This document shows positions 24,761-38,911 of a stretch of DNA of 64,000 nucleotides, one piece after another. Origin of the DNA: Octopus sinensis (lineage: Eukaryota); NCBI RefSeq assembly GCF_006345805.1, contig NC_042997.1:16988001-17052000 (forward strand), read 5' to 3'. The position numbers and the translations under genes are program-made. The notes beneath the pieces are model-generated. The model saw nothing but the letters and a program-made list of their open reading frames with translations, was not told where the DNA came from and ran no database searches. Within the stretch, counting starts at the first letter, position 1. The number at the start of each line of letters is the position of its first letter.

Positions 24761-27700
24761 ACACAAATGTTTGCTTATTACTATTTATTTCAAATCTCAA
24801 ATATTTACTTAGTTGTTAACTACTTTTCATACTCTTGGGTCATGTTAAATAGTAGTGTAGAGATACAGTACAAATGTTCTTTCAGACTTCCAGAAAATAG
24901 AAAACATACCACTCTTTCTCACAGTATATGGCAATTTAAAGATGTTAGTATCATAAAGTTTACTAAAGTGTGATCATTTGTGGAATTTGCCAAACTTTAT
25001 TCTAGATGATCTCATTCATGTTATTTAAGTGCAAGTGAAAAATTCATGTTGATATCTCCTCCCAACAAGAAGGATTCAATAAAATAGCTAATTTCAAAAT
25101 GCCATTACCAAAACAAGTCTATCTTATGAATTTACCAAACCATATTCCGGAGTATTTGGATCATTCTGTTTGTTGCTGCTGTGAAACGTTCTTATTTTTG
25201 ATGTTTCTCATCAGCTTGTCGGAATAAAGAAATTAACTAGTTTCTAAATGCCATCTCCAAAACAAGATTATCTTGAATTTTATTCTACCTATAGACTAAT
25301 TATACTAAAATTTCAAGGAAGGAATTTCCAGGGAATTTCTTTGAAGTCACTTGATCTCTTGGAAATTCATAAAGTACCAAAGTATTCACTGGATTTTTAA
25401 AGATTTTCTTTATAACATGCATTTTGTGCAAAAGGCTTTCTAGTAACTAAGTACTGTTCAAAGGTATTCTGTGGAAGAGTAAAAAACTGAGTAAACTCTT
25501 AGTTTCAGCTTGTTTTCTTTTCTTTTTTTTAATATTGGCAAAAGAATTTAAGTCTGTCTCTGAATTTTTGCTTTATTTGATTGTATTATATTTAGTTAGA
25601 CAATGCTCAGGTATTTTTCCTGTATGCCTTCTCCCCCTCCTCCTCCTTTCTGTTTGAATGCTATCAGCCTTAATCAGTCATAACATCATCCACACATCCC
25701 TTGCATTATCTAAACCACACCTTTCTTATGTGCTTTCACACTCCCCCTTTAATAAAGGTTATTGCATCTACTGTTATATAGCAATAGACATACTAATCTC
25801 GATGAGACTATATCATGTGATCACAGAATACCAAAAGTGTAGGTTATACTAGGCTGAATATATCATAAGGCTCACAGATTGGAAGAAATCACTCAGAAGA
25901 CCTACAAGAGGATGACATAGTCAAAGAATGCAGGCCCAAATGCAAGTGAAAGGGGCAATCAAGGAATGAATAGAAGTGCATCGTAACCAGCACTGTACAA
26001 GGACATCTGATAGTTTATCACTAGAGCTACATCCATCCATCCATCCATACATACAATTATTTTAGCATGTGTATGTGTGTGTGCGTGTGTGTGCATAGAT
26101 ATGTGTATATAAAATATTTATGTATACATATGTGTTTATATGTATGAATCTCTTTCTCTTTTTCTTATAGATATAACAAAAGAGAATGAAAGATGCATGC
26201 TACTTAGATGTTTGGTAAAGAATACAAACACGAAGATAATTTAATTTATGTTACAATTTATCCTGTTATTGAATTGCTATAGATAAAATTATTATTACAA
26301 ATTAGATTTTTTTTCTTTGTCGTACTGTGTTTTACATTTCTCTTTTTTTCTTGTCTACAATGTTGCTGCTTAATTTCTTTGGCACCATATTTAAGCTACT
26401 ATTGCATGGAATGTCTGCCAATGATGCATTATTTGTGAAGTGTATATTAAGTCATCATATGAATTACATATCAAACTTTACTTACAGTTATTTACTTTTA
26501 ATGTAGGAGGAATTTCAATGATGGATGAGTTGGTAACAATAAGTGGATAAAAAACATAAAACAAAGTAATATCAATTAATTTGTTTTACAATAAATCAAT
26601 TCTATTTTAATATTCTTTCTTTTCTCTTATTGCAGTAAAAACATATTTTTAATATAATAGTAATGGCCTCAAAGCCTCTGCATCTATCATAAAATCATAT
26701 GTAAATTTCTTGTATTACGAACTGGTGATTTGTTTCTAAAGTTGTGGTTTGTCTCCTTCCTTAGCCTTTCACTGGAACCATATTATTGTAACTTATACAA
26801 AATCTTTTGCAAGATTATTTTTCTGATTCACAACAAATTTCTTTGTTTACTCATATGTGACACTAAGGAATAAAAATAAAGAATAAATAAAAGAATGAAG
26901 AGTGTCTAAGCTGAATATGAACAACTGGAAAACAATATTATTCTTAGAGTTTTGCCGGGATGCCTTTGTGTTTTTGTGTGATTCACATCATTATCAGAAC
27001 GAATATGATTACAGATGACAGTACGGTCAGTTGATGCCTGTGAAATCCTGTTAGTTCAGATAATCTCTCTAGCTTTCTTGAAGCTAAGCACCTTTGACGA
27101 GAGATTTAATTCTTGCCAAAGATAGAGACAGAGTACACAAGTATCTTTGAAATGAATCACAGAGAATGAAGCATATAATGAATGGAAGTTTGAAGAGACA
27201 AATGATGATGATGATGATGTTGATAATGATGATGACGACGATGATGATGATAATGACAATAGGACAGTTGATTATTTGTAAAAGGAAGGAGTGAAGTGGT
27301 TTGTTCAGAAGAATGGTAGTTAGCAGAAAGATTTGGGGATTTAAATAAGCTAATTTAAGGAAGAAATATTTGGAACAGAGACAGCATTTGTCAGCAGAGA
27401 AATAATGAAAAGCGCAAAAAAAAATTAGATAAATAAATAAAATATAAAAAGGAAAATAAAAGAAAGAATAATTCAATGAACGAATGAATTTTAATTATAG
27501 TTTGAAATAAGGCTTCTGTTTTTGTTAAATTATTTTGTATGTATTTTGGAATTTGAAAAAAAGAATGATTTAAAGATATTTTACTTAGAATACTTACAAT
27601 GCTGAGATAACCACTAAGTGAAAACTAAAAACACCCTTAAAAACACCAACAACATCAATGATAATTAATATCACAGTTTTAGATGTTCAGTCATCTACTT

Positions 27701-28958
27701 TTTATACTGTTAAGAAGCTGCTGGGCAGAGATTAGTCAGCAACAACTCTGCCAACAGTATCAGCAATGACATCAAAATAAGGTACATGCCAATGAACAGA
27801 TATTCATGTGATCACTCACCATGCTAGAAATGGAAAGACAGTCTCCTAAAATAATGAAGGGCACATAAGATAATGGAGAGACTATGATGAACTGTGTCTC
27901 AGATAAAGGCAGGCATAGTCAGTGTACCAATATCTTTTATCATATGTTTTCTCAAAGGAGGTTGACTTTTATTAATCATTTGATTAGGGAGAGAAGGGTA
28001 GCAACATAATCTTTATTTTTATTCAGAGCATCCAGGACAAATAAAGGAAGGAAGATATCCTCAAACAGGAGACCTAGTTTGGAAGCTAACAACAGAATGA
28101 ACTCCGCTAAATATATCCAAGGACCAGGTGGAGGTATTAAACCAGACAGCAGCTTAAATCTACAACCCAAGAATTTATAGGGAGCCAAAATTCTAAAGCA
28201 TCCTGCTTGACATGCTAACAATTCTGCTAATTCACTATCCTTGGCAGTAATATATTTTATCAATCTTGAAAGTATGAAAGGCAGAAATAAAAAACAATAT
28301 CTAAAGGAAAATCAACGTAGCTGAAACAATAAATTTCTAAAGAATAAGTTTCTATAATTAAAACATAGGAATCCAATCTGACTCTGGGGTATTACTGGTA
28401 TTTGTTTTTACCCCAAGAAGAATGCACAGCATATTTCACTCCATTCCAAAAATCCACATCATTTCAGCAATAATAACAATAATGTTAAATTGTTTTTCTC
28501 TTTGGTAGCAGAGAGAGGTTGATTTAATGGAACTGAATCACAACAACACTTTTAGAACTCACTTTATTGATCCCATAGGAATGGAATGCAAAGTTGATCC
28601 TGGCAGATCTTGAATTCTAAAGTGAAAGGATCTTAACTTGATATCATAAACAATCTAATCCAGTTCCCCATTGCATGCAGTAATAATGATAACAACAACA
28701 ATGATGACAACAAAAACAAAAACAAGAGCAACAGCAGCAACACCACCACCACCACCAATAATAATTTATAACACTGGCACAAGGCTACAAAACTGTTTGA
28801 GAGAGATATGGTAAATGGCATAAACCCCAGTGAATATCTTGTACTTGTTTTATCAACTCTGGCAAGATCTTCATCAATATATATGTATGTGTGTGTGTGT
28901 GAGTGTATATATATATATATATATATACTCATACATCATATATACATACATACATACA

Positions 28959-28992
<34 letters not shown>

Positions 28993-30160
28993 CATATATG
29001 TTTGTGTGTGTGTGTGTGTGTATATGTGTATGTATGGCTGTTTGATTTTCAGTTTTCCATCTACCAATCCCTCCCACAAGATATTGGTTGGCCTGAGGTT
29101 GATTTGAAAATTCAGATTACTGCTGCAAAGGAAGGGTATCCAATTGCAGAGGACATGCAAAAAATGAAACTTGGGAGTGAGACACGGTACTGATCCATCT
29201 CAGAGGGTAGCAACTGGAAATGGGAATGCAAGATTATGATGATGATTATACGTACACATATGCATGCATACAAACGTACACATATATACATACATATGTA
29301 AGCATATATGTCAATGTAAGTGATTATTATCTGTTTGTGATTACTATCAAAAAGCAAAAATATGTGAGTGAAGAACTTGCTTCTTAGTTACAGAAATTAT
29401 GTAAAGAATTTCGTTCAGAACATGCCCAACAAAAAAGAAATGCAAAAAAAGAAAGGAAATCTCCCACACATCTTTGATATGCTACTGGAATTTCGAGATC
29501 TCTGTAAATGGTATCGATTCCTTAGATGGATTATTAAAAATTGTTACAAATTTTAGCTGTGTAAGAAATTTTCTTTTCTATATTTACTATCACTCTCAGC
29601 TACTTTCTGTCTTTTCTCTCTTCGCCTGTCTGTTTGTCTAGCTAACTCTGTTACTCTTTCTCTCATTCTATCTTGTTGAAATTGTTATCTTATCTTTTTT
29701 TCTAATCATTCCTTGCTCTTTGCTTTTTTCTAACTGCCTATTTTTTTTTCTGTGTCTACATCTTTCTCCCTACATTTCATTTTGCATGTCTTTATCTCTG
29801 TTCCTAGCTCCAATTTTGACTTTCTTAATCCTGTCACTTTCTGTTTTATATGCTGACACATACAAACACTTTTGAAACCATCTCTTTCTACTGTTTCATC
29901 TTTGTCAAACTGCAATAGAAACAGGAACTTAATAACAAAAGCCAATGGGGAGAAGACATAGCATAACTCAAAGGATTATCTAGATATTTGACAAGGGAGT
30001 TACTTGAAGAATATGATGGTGGGGAATTTCTTTAGGAAAGATTTCCAGTGCTCTTTCCTGGCTTGTCCTCTCCCACAATCACTTTCAGTTATTAGGTCAT
30101 TTACAGGGAGCTTACCTGGTAGTATCAAGTCTACTTAAAGAAAATGAGCTATCTAAACAA

Positions 30161-30520
30161 TGGGCTTCTTTACACTTTCTGTCTACCAAATTTCACTCAC
30201 AAGGTATTGGTAATTATGCGGCGAGCTGGCAGAAACGTTAGCACGTCGGGCGAAATGCTTAGCGGTATTTCATCTGCCATTATGTTGTGAGTTCAAATTC
30301 CGCCGAGGTCGACTTTGCCTTTCATCTTTTTGGGGTCGATAAATTAAGTACAGTTATGCACTGGGGTCGATGTAATCGACTTAATACCTATGTCTGTCTT
30401 TGTTTGTCCCCTCTATGTTTAGCCCCTTGTGGGTAATAAAGAAATAGGTATTGGTAATTATGAGGTTTTAGTACGAGACATATACCCAAAATGTCATGCA
30501 GTGGGATAGAACCTAAAATC
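30161..30520 (-). mobile_element. Old family B SINE head, interrupted by a family A SINE
   Basis: gtctaccaaatttcactcacaagg lies before the insert and gacatatacccaaaatgtcatgcagtgggatagaacc after it; together they are colinear with 30965-31075. Confidence 0.75.
30219..30445 (+). mobile_element. Young full-length tRNA-derived SINE (family A) with a 17-bp TSD
   Basis: A-box-like tggcagaaacg, B-box GAGTTCAAATTCC, tail gggtaataaagaaat. Perfect direct repeat aggtattggtaattatg at 30202-30218 and 30446-30462. Confidence 0.92.
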
Positions 30521-30709
30521 TCTGAAGAGAAGCTGACTAGAAATACAAAACAAGATCAATCCTAAGAAATGCTTCATTTTGAGTAATGACTGAAAATGTA
30601 AACCATTTAATTCATGATTAGTTATCCAACTTCTTTTATTTGATATCTAATATGTAACTAAAAATTCACTTTCCTTTAAACTCATAGATCCTTAATAATT
30701 CAGAAGATA

Positions 30710-30920
30710 TACTCTTTTACTCTTTTACTTGTTTCACTCATTTGACTGCGGCCATGCTGGAGCACCGCCTTTAGTCGAGCAAATCGACCCCGAGACTTAT
30801 TCTTTGTAAGCCCAGTACTTATTCTATCGGTCTCTTTTGCCGAACCGCTATGTGATGGGGATGTAAACACACCAGCATCGGTTGTCAAGCAATGCTAGGG
30901 GGACAAACACAGACACACAA

Positions 30921-30951
<31 letters not shown>

Positions 30952-31123
30952 CATATATACGACAGGCTTCTTTCAGTTTCCGTCTGCCAAATCCACTCAC
31001 AAGGCATTGGTCGGCCCGGGGCTATAGCAGAAGACACTTGCCCAAGATGCCACGCAGTGGGACTGAACCCGGAACCATGTGGTTGTTTAGCAAGCTACTT
31101 ACCACACAGCCACTCCTGCGCCT
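30710..31123 (-). mobile_element. Full-length tRNA/CORE-type SINE (family B, octopus OR-like)
   Basis: Minus strand: aggcgcaggag, A box TGGCTGTGTGG (31112-31102), B box GGTTCAGTCCC (31069-31059), CORE-like ggcatcttgggcaagtgtcttc, microsatellite hinge, (aaaagagt)n tail. Confidence 0.92.
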
Positions 31124-31833
31124 TCTATAATGTTGACTTCTATAATCTACCACACTTATCTCAATACTTTAGAGTAAGAAGTTCTATAGATAGTAATGTA
31201 ACAACAAAATAAGATATTGAGATAACAAAATAAAGAAAGAAACAAAAAGCTGTGGTAAATCACTGCTTGCTGAAAGCAGATAGCAGATATTACAATACAT
31301 AAGATCTTCTACTCAACATATCAACTGAACTCTAAACTATGGACTGAAGTTTATAGAATAACTGTAAACTATAGTACAGTGGTAAAACACAACAGGACAT
31401 GAGGTTCATGGATTATGCCCATTATATCTAACAGTAGTCTTTGATATAAATCGATTAATAAGAAAAAAAAAGACAATGAGATATCAACTGAAGATAGTGT
31501 CCATTTGTTAAAGTTAAGAAATAATTCAATAATTTCCCTCAAAACTTGTTTTAGCATGTATATTTTATGATATTTGTGGATGACTGGAGATTTCACTGGT
31601 CACTTGGAAAGAGTAAAATCTAAGAATAAACATCTATATAAATCAATAAATTTGATGAGTTTGGGCTAAAATTCCACCAAAACATGTTCCATTTATAGAA
31701 ATTATAGTTTTATGTGAACTATTTCTGCTGAAAGACATTTAACCTCCCTGGATAACAAATCTGCTATCTTGTTTCAAATAACTTTTGAACTCATTATTTA
31801 CCTACATCCTTAACTATCTATTCTCATTCATTC

Positions 31834-31898
<65 letters not shown>

Positions 31899-34800
31899 CC
31901 TCCCTCTCTCTCTCACAAACACACACTCATATAAGCAGTGGTATATTGTAAGTGAAGAAGCAGAATGTCCTGGACAATTAATTATAATGTCATATTGCCA
32001 AGTTAAAAATTGTTTTATAAAATAAACAATTGATTTTTAACAGAAGTGTGTGCCATGCCAAAAGATAGAGCAGAATTAAGAATTAATATGCAAGTCTATT
32101 AGAGGAACAACTTAAAAGCATATATGAATATTAATATACAGACTTGAGTATGTAATGAAGAAATGCAGTAAGATGCAAGGAAACTAGTGTTGGTTTGTGT
32201 CAACAATTAGTTTAAAAGTAAAATAAATTGGTCTGCTGTGAAGAAGAGAAAAAGTTAACATTTCTTTATAAGTTATCAGTTCAATCACCCATTATATAAT
32301 ACAATATCTTTGCAATCCACAAATTCTATTATTTAGGAACAGCTTCACCATCCACCACTCCAAGTGTGATCAAACAGAATGAATTCTTTGGTAAATACGC
32401 TTCCAGTAAGGGACTTCTACTTGATTAAAATAAGTCGTTATTACCAGTAGTTACAGAACAATGAAGTAAGTGATGAAATGAAAAGACAAATTATTTTGCA
32501 TTATGAAGTTTGTTGCATTTGATTTCTTACTATAACTAACATTTGTCTCTTCATGATTAATAAAGTAATTGTAATTAATATAATGAGAGTAGATGACTGG
32601 TCAAGCTTCTTCTAAATAATAGAAATTTTGGATTGCTAGCTTTCCTAAAGAAAAGTTAAACTTTGATTGTCTGAACTGATAACATTGCAGAGAAGAGTTT
32701 GGCTATTGATAACATATGTGTATTTAAAAATCTACATGTTATTATTTTCCCTTTAATAATGGAGAAAACTAACATCATTATTATTATTTAAAGAAAGCCA
32801 GAGCAGAATTGAAGACAATCTTGGGCTGGACAATTTGATAAGAATTTAGAAAATTGGACCTCAAAATTGAGTATAAGAATGTATTGTTGTGCAAATGTTT
32901 CTCACAATAAGAAAGAAGATAATAGCTGATGATGATGGCAGTGGTGGTGTTAGTAGGGATGTAATAACTAAATAAGGCAAATATTTTTATTTGTCAATTT
33001 CCTTTTCAGGTACATAGAGAAAAGGTAGAAAATTTGTTGTTTTCATTTGTTGTATACCTTAAAAGAAAACAAGTTAGTCATGGCTTGAAGGTCTTCAATT
33101 ATTGGCGTCCTTATCATGCCAACCTAGATATTTCTTGCGTGGTTGATTTTCCATCGATAGGTTATCATTGCTAATTCATATTGAATAGATTTCCATAGGA
33201 AGGCTACCCAGTTCTAAAGAAAAAAGGCTTCTCTTAAATTGGAAATATTCAGAATTGCAAGACCATACTAACTCATTCTAGTAAAGGAAAATACCCGTTC
33301 TCCACCCTCCCCTCCCCTTAGCTTAGAAAATAAAGTTAAAATAGGTGGAAATGAGAACATTTTCATTTCCTGGTGGACTACATCTTCTGACTTGATTGTT
33401 TTTGTGAAACAGGCTTACCTGCTTGGCATAAAGAAATCAGTTTTATCAATGTTATGTAACTATTAACAGCTAACTAATGTAATTAGTGCTATAGTAATGG
33501 AAACAGGAGAAGGATGACAATTAAGCTTCAGATTAATTTCATTAGTAGTTGACTAATTGCTATAATGTTTACTAAATGTTTCATGGGGAAATAAATGAGA
33601 ATAGTATTTCACCAAGTTTGGCTTCTAATGGAAAACTTTTAGGGTATCATTCTCATTATCTCATTAATATGTGACTAGCTCAGTTTAAGATTGTTTTCCC
33701 CAATTTTATCTTTATCAGTTCAATATTATATAAAGTGGGCAGTTGAAAGTGAAAATGGCATATATAGCAGTCTGCTAAATTAAATGACTTTTTAGCATTT
33801 AGTCTTGTCCCTATACATTCTGAATTCAATTGTTTTAAAAGTTGATATTATCATTTATTCCTTTATCCACTTGCAGTAAAGAGAAAAAGACTTCTTCAAT
33901 TAGATAGTCAAGGGAAAAGGGGCAGTGCCCATGACCTTTGACGGATCTTCCAGACTAGTGAGATTAATGCAACCGTTGATAGGCCTCAAAATCTGTAGGC
34001 CAATGTCTCTCTTGACAGGAAAATGCATAGGTGGAGAGAGGGCTGTAAATCTGTTTAGAATCCTTACAACATAGTAAACTCCTCTTCTAGCAGAAATGCA
34101 GAGATATACTTGATAGGACAGTCTCCATATTACAATAGCGCCTTAGCAGATAATAGCCTCAAAAATTATCCATGTTTAACATCATGTCTACCTAAGTAAA
34201 CCATCTCTTTGCCTTAATCGTACATTATTCATTTATTTTGTGTTTCTACCTCATAAATTACTAACCTGTCTGTAACTTAATTTAAACTAACTTTTATAAT
34301 CATAATTTTTGATGTCCCTCACTCGTTTTAATTTTTATCTTTCCTTCCTGATTTCTATTGAACCCCACCCATCCCCCTATTTGGAAAGGAGCAGTCTTTT
34401 CTTATTTTTCAAAGATTTCTACTGCCTCTAGCATAGCTGTCCTCCTCGTATCTTTGTATTGGCTGCCATTTCCAGTGGTCAAGTCTCCCTGTCCTTTTTG
34501 TATTGGCGTATTTCATGATGCGCCCACCCAATCCTGCTTGCACCACCTATACTCCTGGAAATCTCTTATGGCAGAAATCTTTCTTCTGTGTCAGAAGGCC
34601 CTCCCGGCTCTGCCCTTTCACTACCACCAATACTGGAAGCCTTTCCTCTGTATCAGAAGGCTCACATAGCTCCCCACACTACCAGTACTCTCATCCACAT
34701 TACTGCATTACTTATTTAGTCAATTAACTAATCACTACCCCTTTCTCTCTACTTATAATGAAGTAACCAATTAGCTTTTTATTTATTTTAAACATTAACC

Positions 34801-35009
34801 CATTTGCTTGTATCAATGATGTTTATATTAGCAATGCTTGTTCTACACTCACTTCCAACAGCAATTTTAATATGATTGAATGATTATAGATTAAAACGAG
34901 AACAACTTATATGACATGCCTGTTATCAAACATTCATTGAAACCTTCTTTTCAGAAGCTGAATGCCATCCCCACTTCCCTTGTTCCCTCCCATGTTCCTT
35001 TCCAGTTTT

Positions 35010-35722
35010 TCAGAGTTGGCACTGTCAATGTAGGCACATTGAAAGGTAAGTCTGACAAGGTTGTTGAGATGCTTGGACAGTGGTGTGTCGATGTAAGAAG
35101 TAAGGTTGAGGGGAGCTTCAGTCACGCTCCTCACGGGCAAGACACAAAGGTGTAAAATCTTCTGGGAAGGTAACTGACGGGGTAAGTGGTTTGATGTAGA
35201 TACTTCTCACAGAGAAATAGGTTGATAAAGTGATAGAGGTAGTCAGAGTGTGCAATAGACTACTTAAGCTCAGGCTAGTTTTTCAGAGTAGTACAGCAAC
35301 AATTATCTCTGCCTATGCCCTCCACGTGAGTCTACCAAATGAACAAAAGGACTGCTCTTATGATATTCTTCTGCATGCTGCCTCAAAGACAAATGGTAGT
35401 GACCTCATCTTTGTGGCTGGTGATTTCAATGAACATGTTGGGCAGCAGCCAGTTATCTTCCATGGTGTACATGGGAGCCATAGAATTGGTTCATGAAATG
35501 AAGAAGGAACAAGGCTGCTGGAGTTCTGTGATGGGAATAACCTAATGATCTGCAACACCAACTTCAGGAAGCCAGCCAATCACCCAATAGTCTATCAATT
35601 GAGTGACCACACTAGTCAGATTGATTACATTCTCACCGGACAATGAGATACATGGTTGCACATAAATGCAAAGATCTTCCATGGTGAAAAATGTACCCTG
35701 CCAGCATAGACTAGTCATGATA
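35010..35722 (+). pseudogene. Decayed apurinic-like endonuclease (APE) domain of an RTE LINE
   Basis: Motifs in order: RVGTVNVGTL, TIISAYA, VAGDFNEHVG, NEEGTRLLEFCDGNNLMICNTNFRK, SQIDYILT, QHRLV. Contains stops and frameshifts. Confidence 0.9.
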
Positions 35723-35724
35723 GT

Positions 35725-36080
35725 TATCTTAATTTTATTTAGTGTTGAAGCAACATTCCACATAAATGGTTGTGTTAACCAACATAATAGTTGGATATGG
35801 GGAGGTCAGCAACCCAATGAAATTTTCCAGTATGTTTGTGATTTACCCAAGGTTAATGTGTGGTGTAGACTCCTGCATGATCATGTTGTCAGCCCTTTCA
35901 TGTTTGCAGAAAACATGATTACGGGCACTAGAAATTTATGTGTTCTGTCAAATTTCAGACATTGAAAGAGAAAAGGGAATAAGTGTAATTTTCCAGCAGG
36001 ATGGAGCACCGGCTCACTACAGCCATAATGTGCAACAATCACTCAGCAACAGATTCCCTGGCCAATTGATTGGAAGAAAT
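35725..36080 (+). pseudogene. Tc1/mariner-superfamily transposase catalytic-domain fragment (DD41D/rosa-like by inference)
   Basis: ILFSVEATFHINGCVNQHNSWIWG...PKVNVWC, then VIFQQDGAPAHYSHNVQQSLSNRFPGQLIGR in another frame. Confidence 0.88.
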
Positions 36081-36518
36081 TTTTAATCAACATGTCACTG
36101 CTTGCTTGTTTATTTGGCAGCCTGATGAGTTGAGAGTTGCATAACATATTACAGATTTATAGATGTTGTACATACAGTATATCTGATTGTACAATGCTTA
36201 CATCACAATAAAGACTCTTGAAACAATTATAGCAACACCAGATAATCCATTCATCTATCTTCATTATAGTTTTATGTCATGCTTAAAATTTCAATCAATG
36301 TTGGATACTTTTGGATACTATTGGAGCTGTGGATCACTATCAACAGCGAACTTCCCTTCATTGAAGCATTCTGTGCTATGATAATGGATTAACTGTCTGT
36401 TTTCTACCATTCAGTCTAGCAAATTTGGGGGGCATGATTTACTTTGATATGCCGTGATCAAAACTACACATACGCACGCATGCACGCACACACGCAAACA
36501 CACAAACACACTCATATA

Positions 36519-37366
36519 TCTACTAAATATGTGGAAAATTCTGTCTGTGGCTGTGTTTGTGGAGTTGTTAGCTAATTCCTACATCGTTTTATCGATTTTG
36601 ATGTAACATGACACGTGAGTAGAACTCATGTCTGGAAACCTCATGGCATACTCAGATTGTTACCAAAAAAAAAATCGATAATAGGGTCCCTGGAAGGGAT
36701 CCTTATATATAGCCAAGGGAAATAACCCATTCATTTCCTAAATTATTTGGTATAAATCAAATTGAGTATGCTTATTTTTTAGTATTTGAACTGTTAGAGT
36801 TATTTTCGCAATTTATCCTGTACAACCCTTAAACAATTAAATAGCATTTTCTTAAAAAATAGACCCACTTATTTCGGTTAGTGACTTATTCACGAATATA
36901 TCAACACTAGCGCTGTTGAAGGTAATATTCTCTGAGAATGCACAAAAGCCCTTTTCAGAGTTATTTACTTTGAATTGTTATTATCTCATATCTGATTAGC
37001 CTGTTATTATGTAATATGCATCCTGATTTTAGTATGCATACCTTATTAGTATATCCTCCTATGTTCTATATACTCTGGGAATACATTAAAGCCCTTTTCA
37101 GGGCTACTTTATTTGAATTCTTACAATCGGGTAACTAATTTCATGTTATTACATAATTGACTTCACAATTTGGGTATTCATAACTTATTGGGAATTCCTA
37201 AAAATAAGATCCTGTGAAAGACAGTTCAGTATTCTCTGTATTGCACAAAAACTGTTTTAAGGGCTACATACTTTGTATTGTTGTTATTAGATTAGTGAAA
37301 CAATTATGAGAATGAAACCAAGGGATAGGTCCCACTCTCCTGGGAATTACCGGGTACATCAGCTAG
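36519..37366 (+). mobile_element. Non-autonomous Helitron, copy 1
   Basis: A|TC start, CTAG|T end, subterminal hairpin cctgg-gaatta-ccggg 8 nt before CTAG, no TIR or TSD. Colinear with 53732-54635. Confidence 0.85.
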
Positions 37367-37384
37367 TACACACATACATATATA

Positions 37385-37424
<40 letters not shown>

Positions 37425-37427
<3 letters not shown>

Positions 37428-37720
37428 GTGGTGGTGTGGGTCTAAAAATATTGGTTGCCAAGAGACTAAGGGGACCCACCCCCAACTACAAGTGGGCCCA
37501 TCTTCAACTACAAGAGGGCCTACACACAACTACCATGATATCATTTAATTTTTTTTGTTAAAAGTATTCTTTTCAACTCTCTACAAACACAGCCAGGCTG
37601 AAATAAGTAAGAATGAAAAAAAATTCTCAGACTTGAGGCAGGGACCCTTATATACTAACATAGGTTCCTATATATGGATTCTAATGGCGCAGTGACCCAC
37701 TTGCCATTGGAGAAGCTGGC
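37425..37720. mobile_element. Possible decayed MITE
   Basis: GC-richer island beginning cagtggtggtgtgggtctaaaaatattggttgcc between CA/TA tracts. The right terminus is not clearly recoverable. Confidence 0.3.
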
Positions 37721-38583
37721 AACACACATATATATGTAAATGTAGAATTTTGAAAATGAGTGCTCAACACTGCATTACTGGATAAAATTTCTTTATTTGT
37801 CAAATTCTATCCACCATTGGCTACTATTGGTTTCATGTTAAGAAAAATAGGAAAATATCTTAATATCTTAATTTTTCAAGCTGATCACATGGAGGAATGG
37901 TGTTCATTTCCATTTTGGATAAACACAAAGACTTGTTGAATTCATATATATATATATATCAAGGGTTGAACAAACAGAAGACAACAAGGAGAAAAGGTTA
38001 GATGAAAGCAGAGTAAATGGGAAACTAGATGAAAACTGAATGGATGGGAAATATAGACAAAGACACGGTCTACAAAATATTTGCAGATAAGTTTTCCTTG
38101 TCAGTCAATGACACAAAATATCATAGTGGTTTTGCACCATTACCATTGAGACCACTTAATCTTGGAGGTGTCAGTGCTGTTATTAAGCTACTGGGAAAAA
38201 ACTAGTGAATGCATACTAAGACAGAAACAAACAAGACATTATATAAATACAACAGAAATAATTATGCATATATAACAGCATGAAGCCTTGCGGCTATATA
38301 CAACAGTAGGAAAAAATAATAATTATACATATACCACAAATACAACAGAAAGAGCTTTGCAGCTATCAAACAGACTTAGTGGGGTTGTGTAAAGATGAAA
38401 TGGAGTAAGTCCAAATAGATGTAGCAGAAACCCAGACCAGCATGACCAGACAGTTCAAAGGCAGGGTGAAATATATTTACACACACACACACACACATAT
38501 ATTCGTACCTATATTTACATATGTATACACACACACATATATTTACACATATATACATATAAATACATACATATACACATATA

Positions 38584-38630
<47 letters not shown>

Positions 38631-38870
38631 CATAAATACATACATACATATATTTATATAAACAGATACATACATATATGCATATACACATATATACCTT
38701 GATATTGTGTGGACTGAGATCCTTATTAACAGGCTGCTAACATTAAATAAAGTGTTCAATACTTATAGTATTCAAATGAGTAACTCCAGTTCTTTGAAGC
38801 TAGTAGATTTGTTGTGCATATAAACAGATTGGCTTCTTGTTTCTTTGGGGTTGGTCAAGTGATGTAGACA

Positions 38871-38911
38871 CCTCTGATGAGAACCCAGTAAAGTTTGAAA
38901 ATTGATTAAGG
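38871..38911 (+). ncRNA. Minimal type I hammerhead ribozyme-like motif (Penelope pLTR type)
   Basis: cct-CTGATGA-gaac-ccagtaaa-gttt-GAAA-attga-TTA-agg: both core boxes, stem II with one G-U, a very short stem III, a UUA cleavage triplet and stem I cct/agg. Confidence 0.55.

Noticed and set aside
31040-31123. tRNA gene
   Set aside because: The A and B boxes belong to a SINE head that continues into CORE-like and tail sequence; I see no cloverleaf.
30111-33440. Possible 15/18-nt microexon at about 30116-30133 and a recursive AG|GTAAG site at about 33419 (minus strand)
   Set aside because: The pyrimidine tracts are short or interrupted, and the first abuts a SINE remnant. Neither is supportable without RNA data.
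25840-34200. Possible very old LINE or Tc1 remnants at about 25840-26010, 28027-28180 and 33870-34200
   Set aside because: They show only weak motif resemblance with many stops and cannot be assigned by eye.
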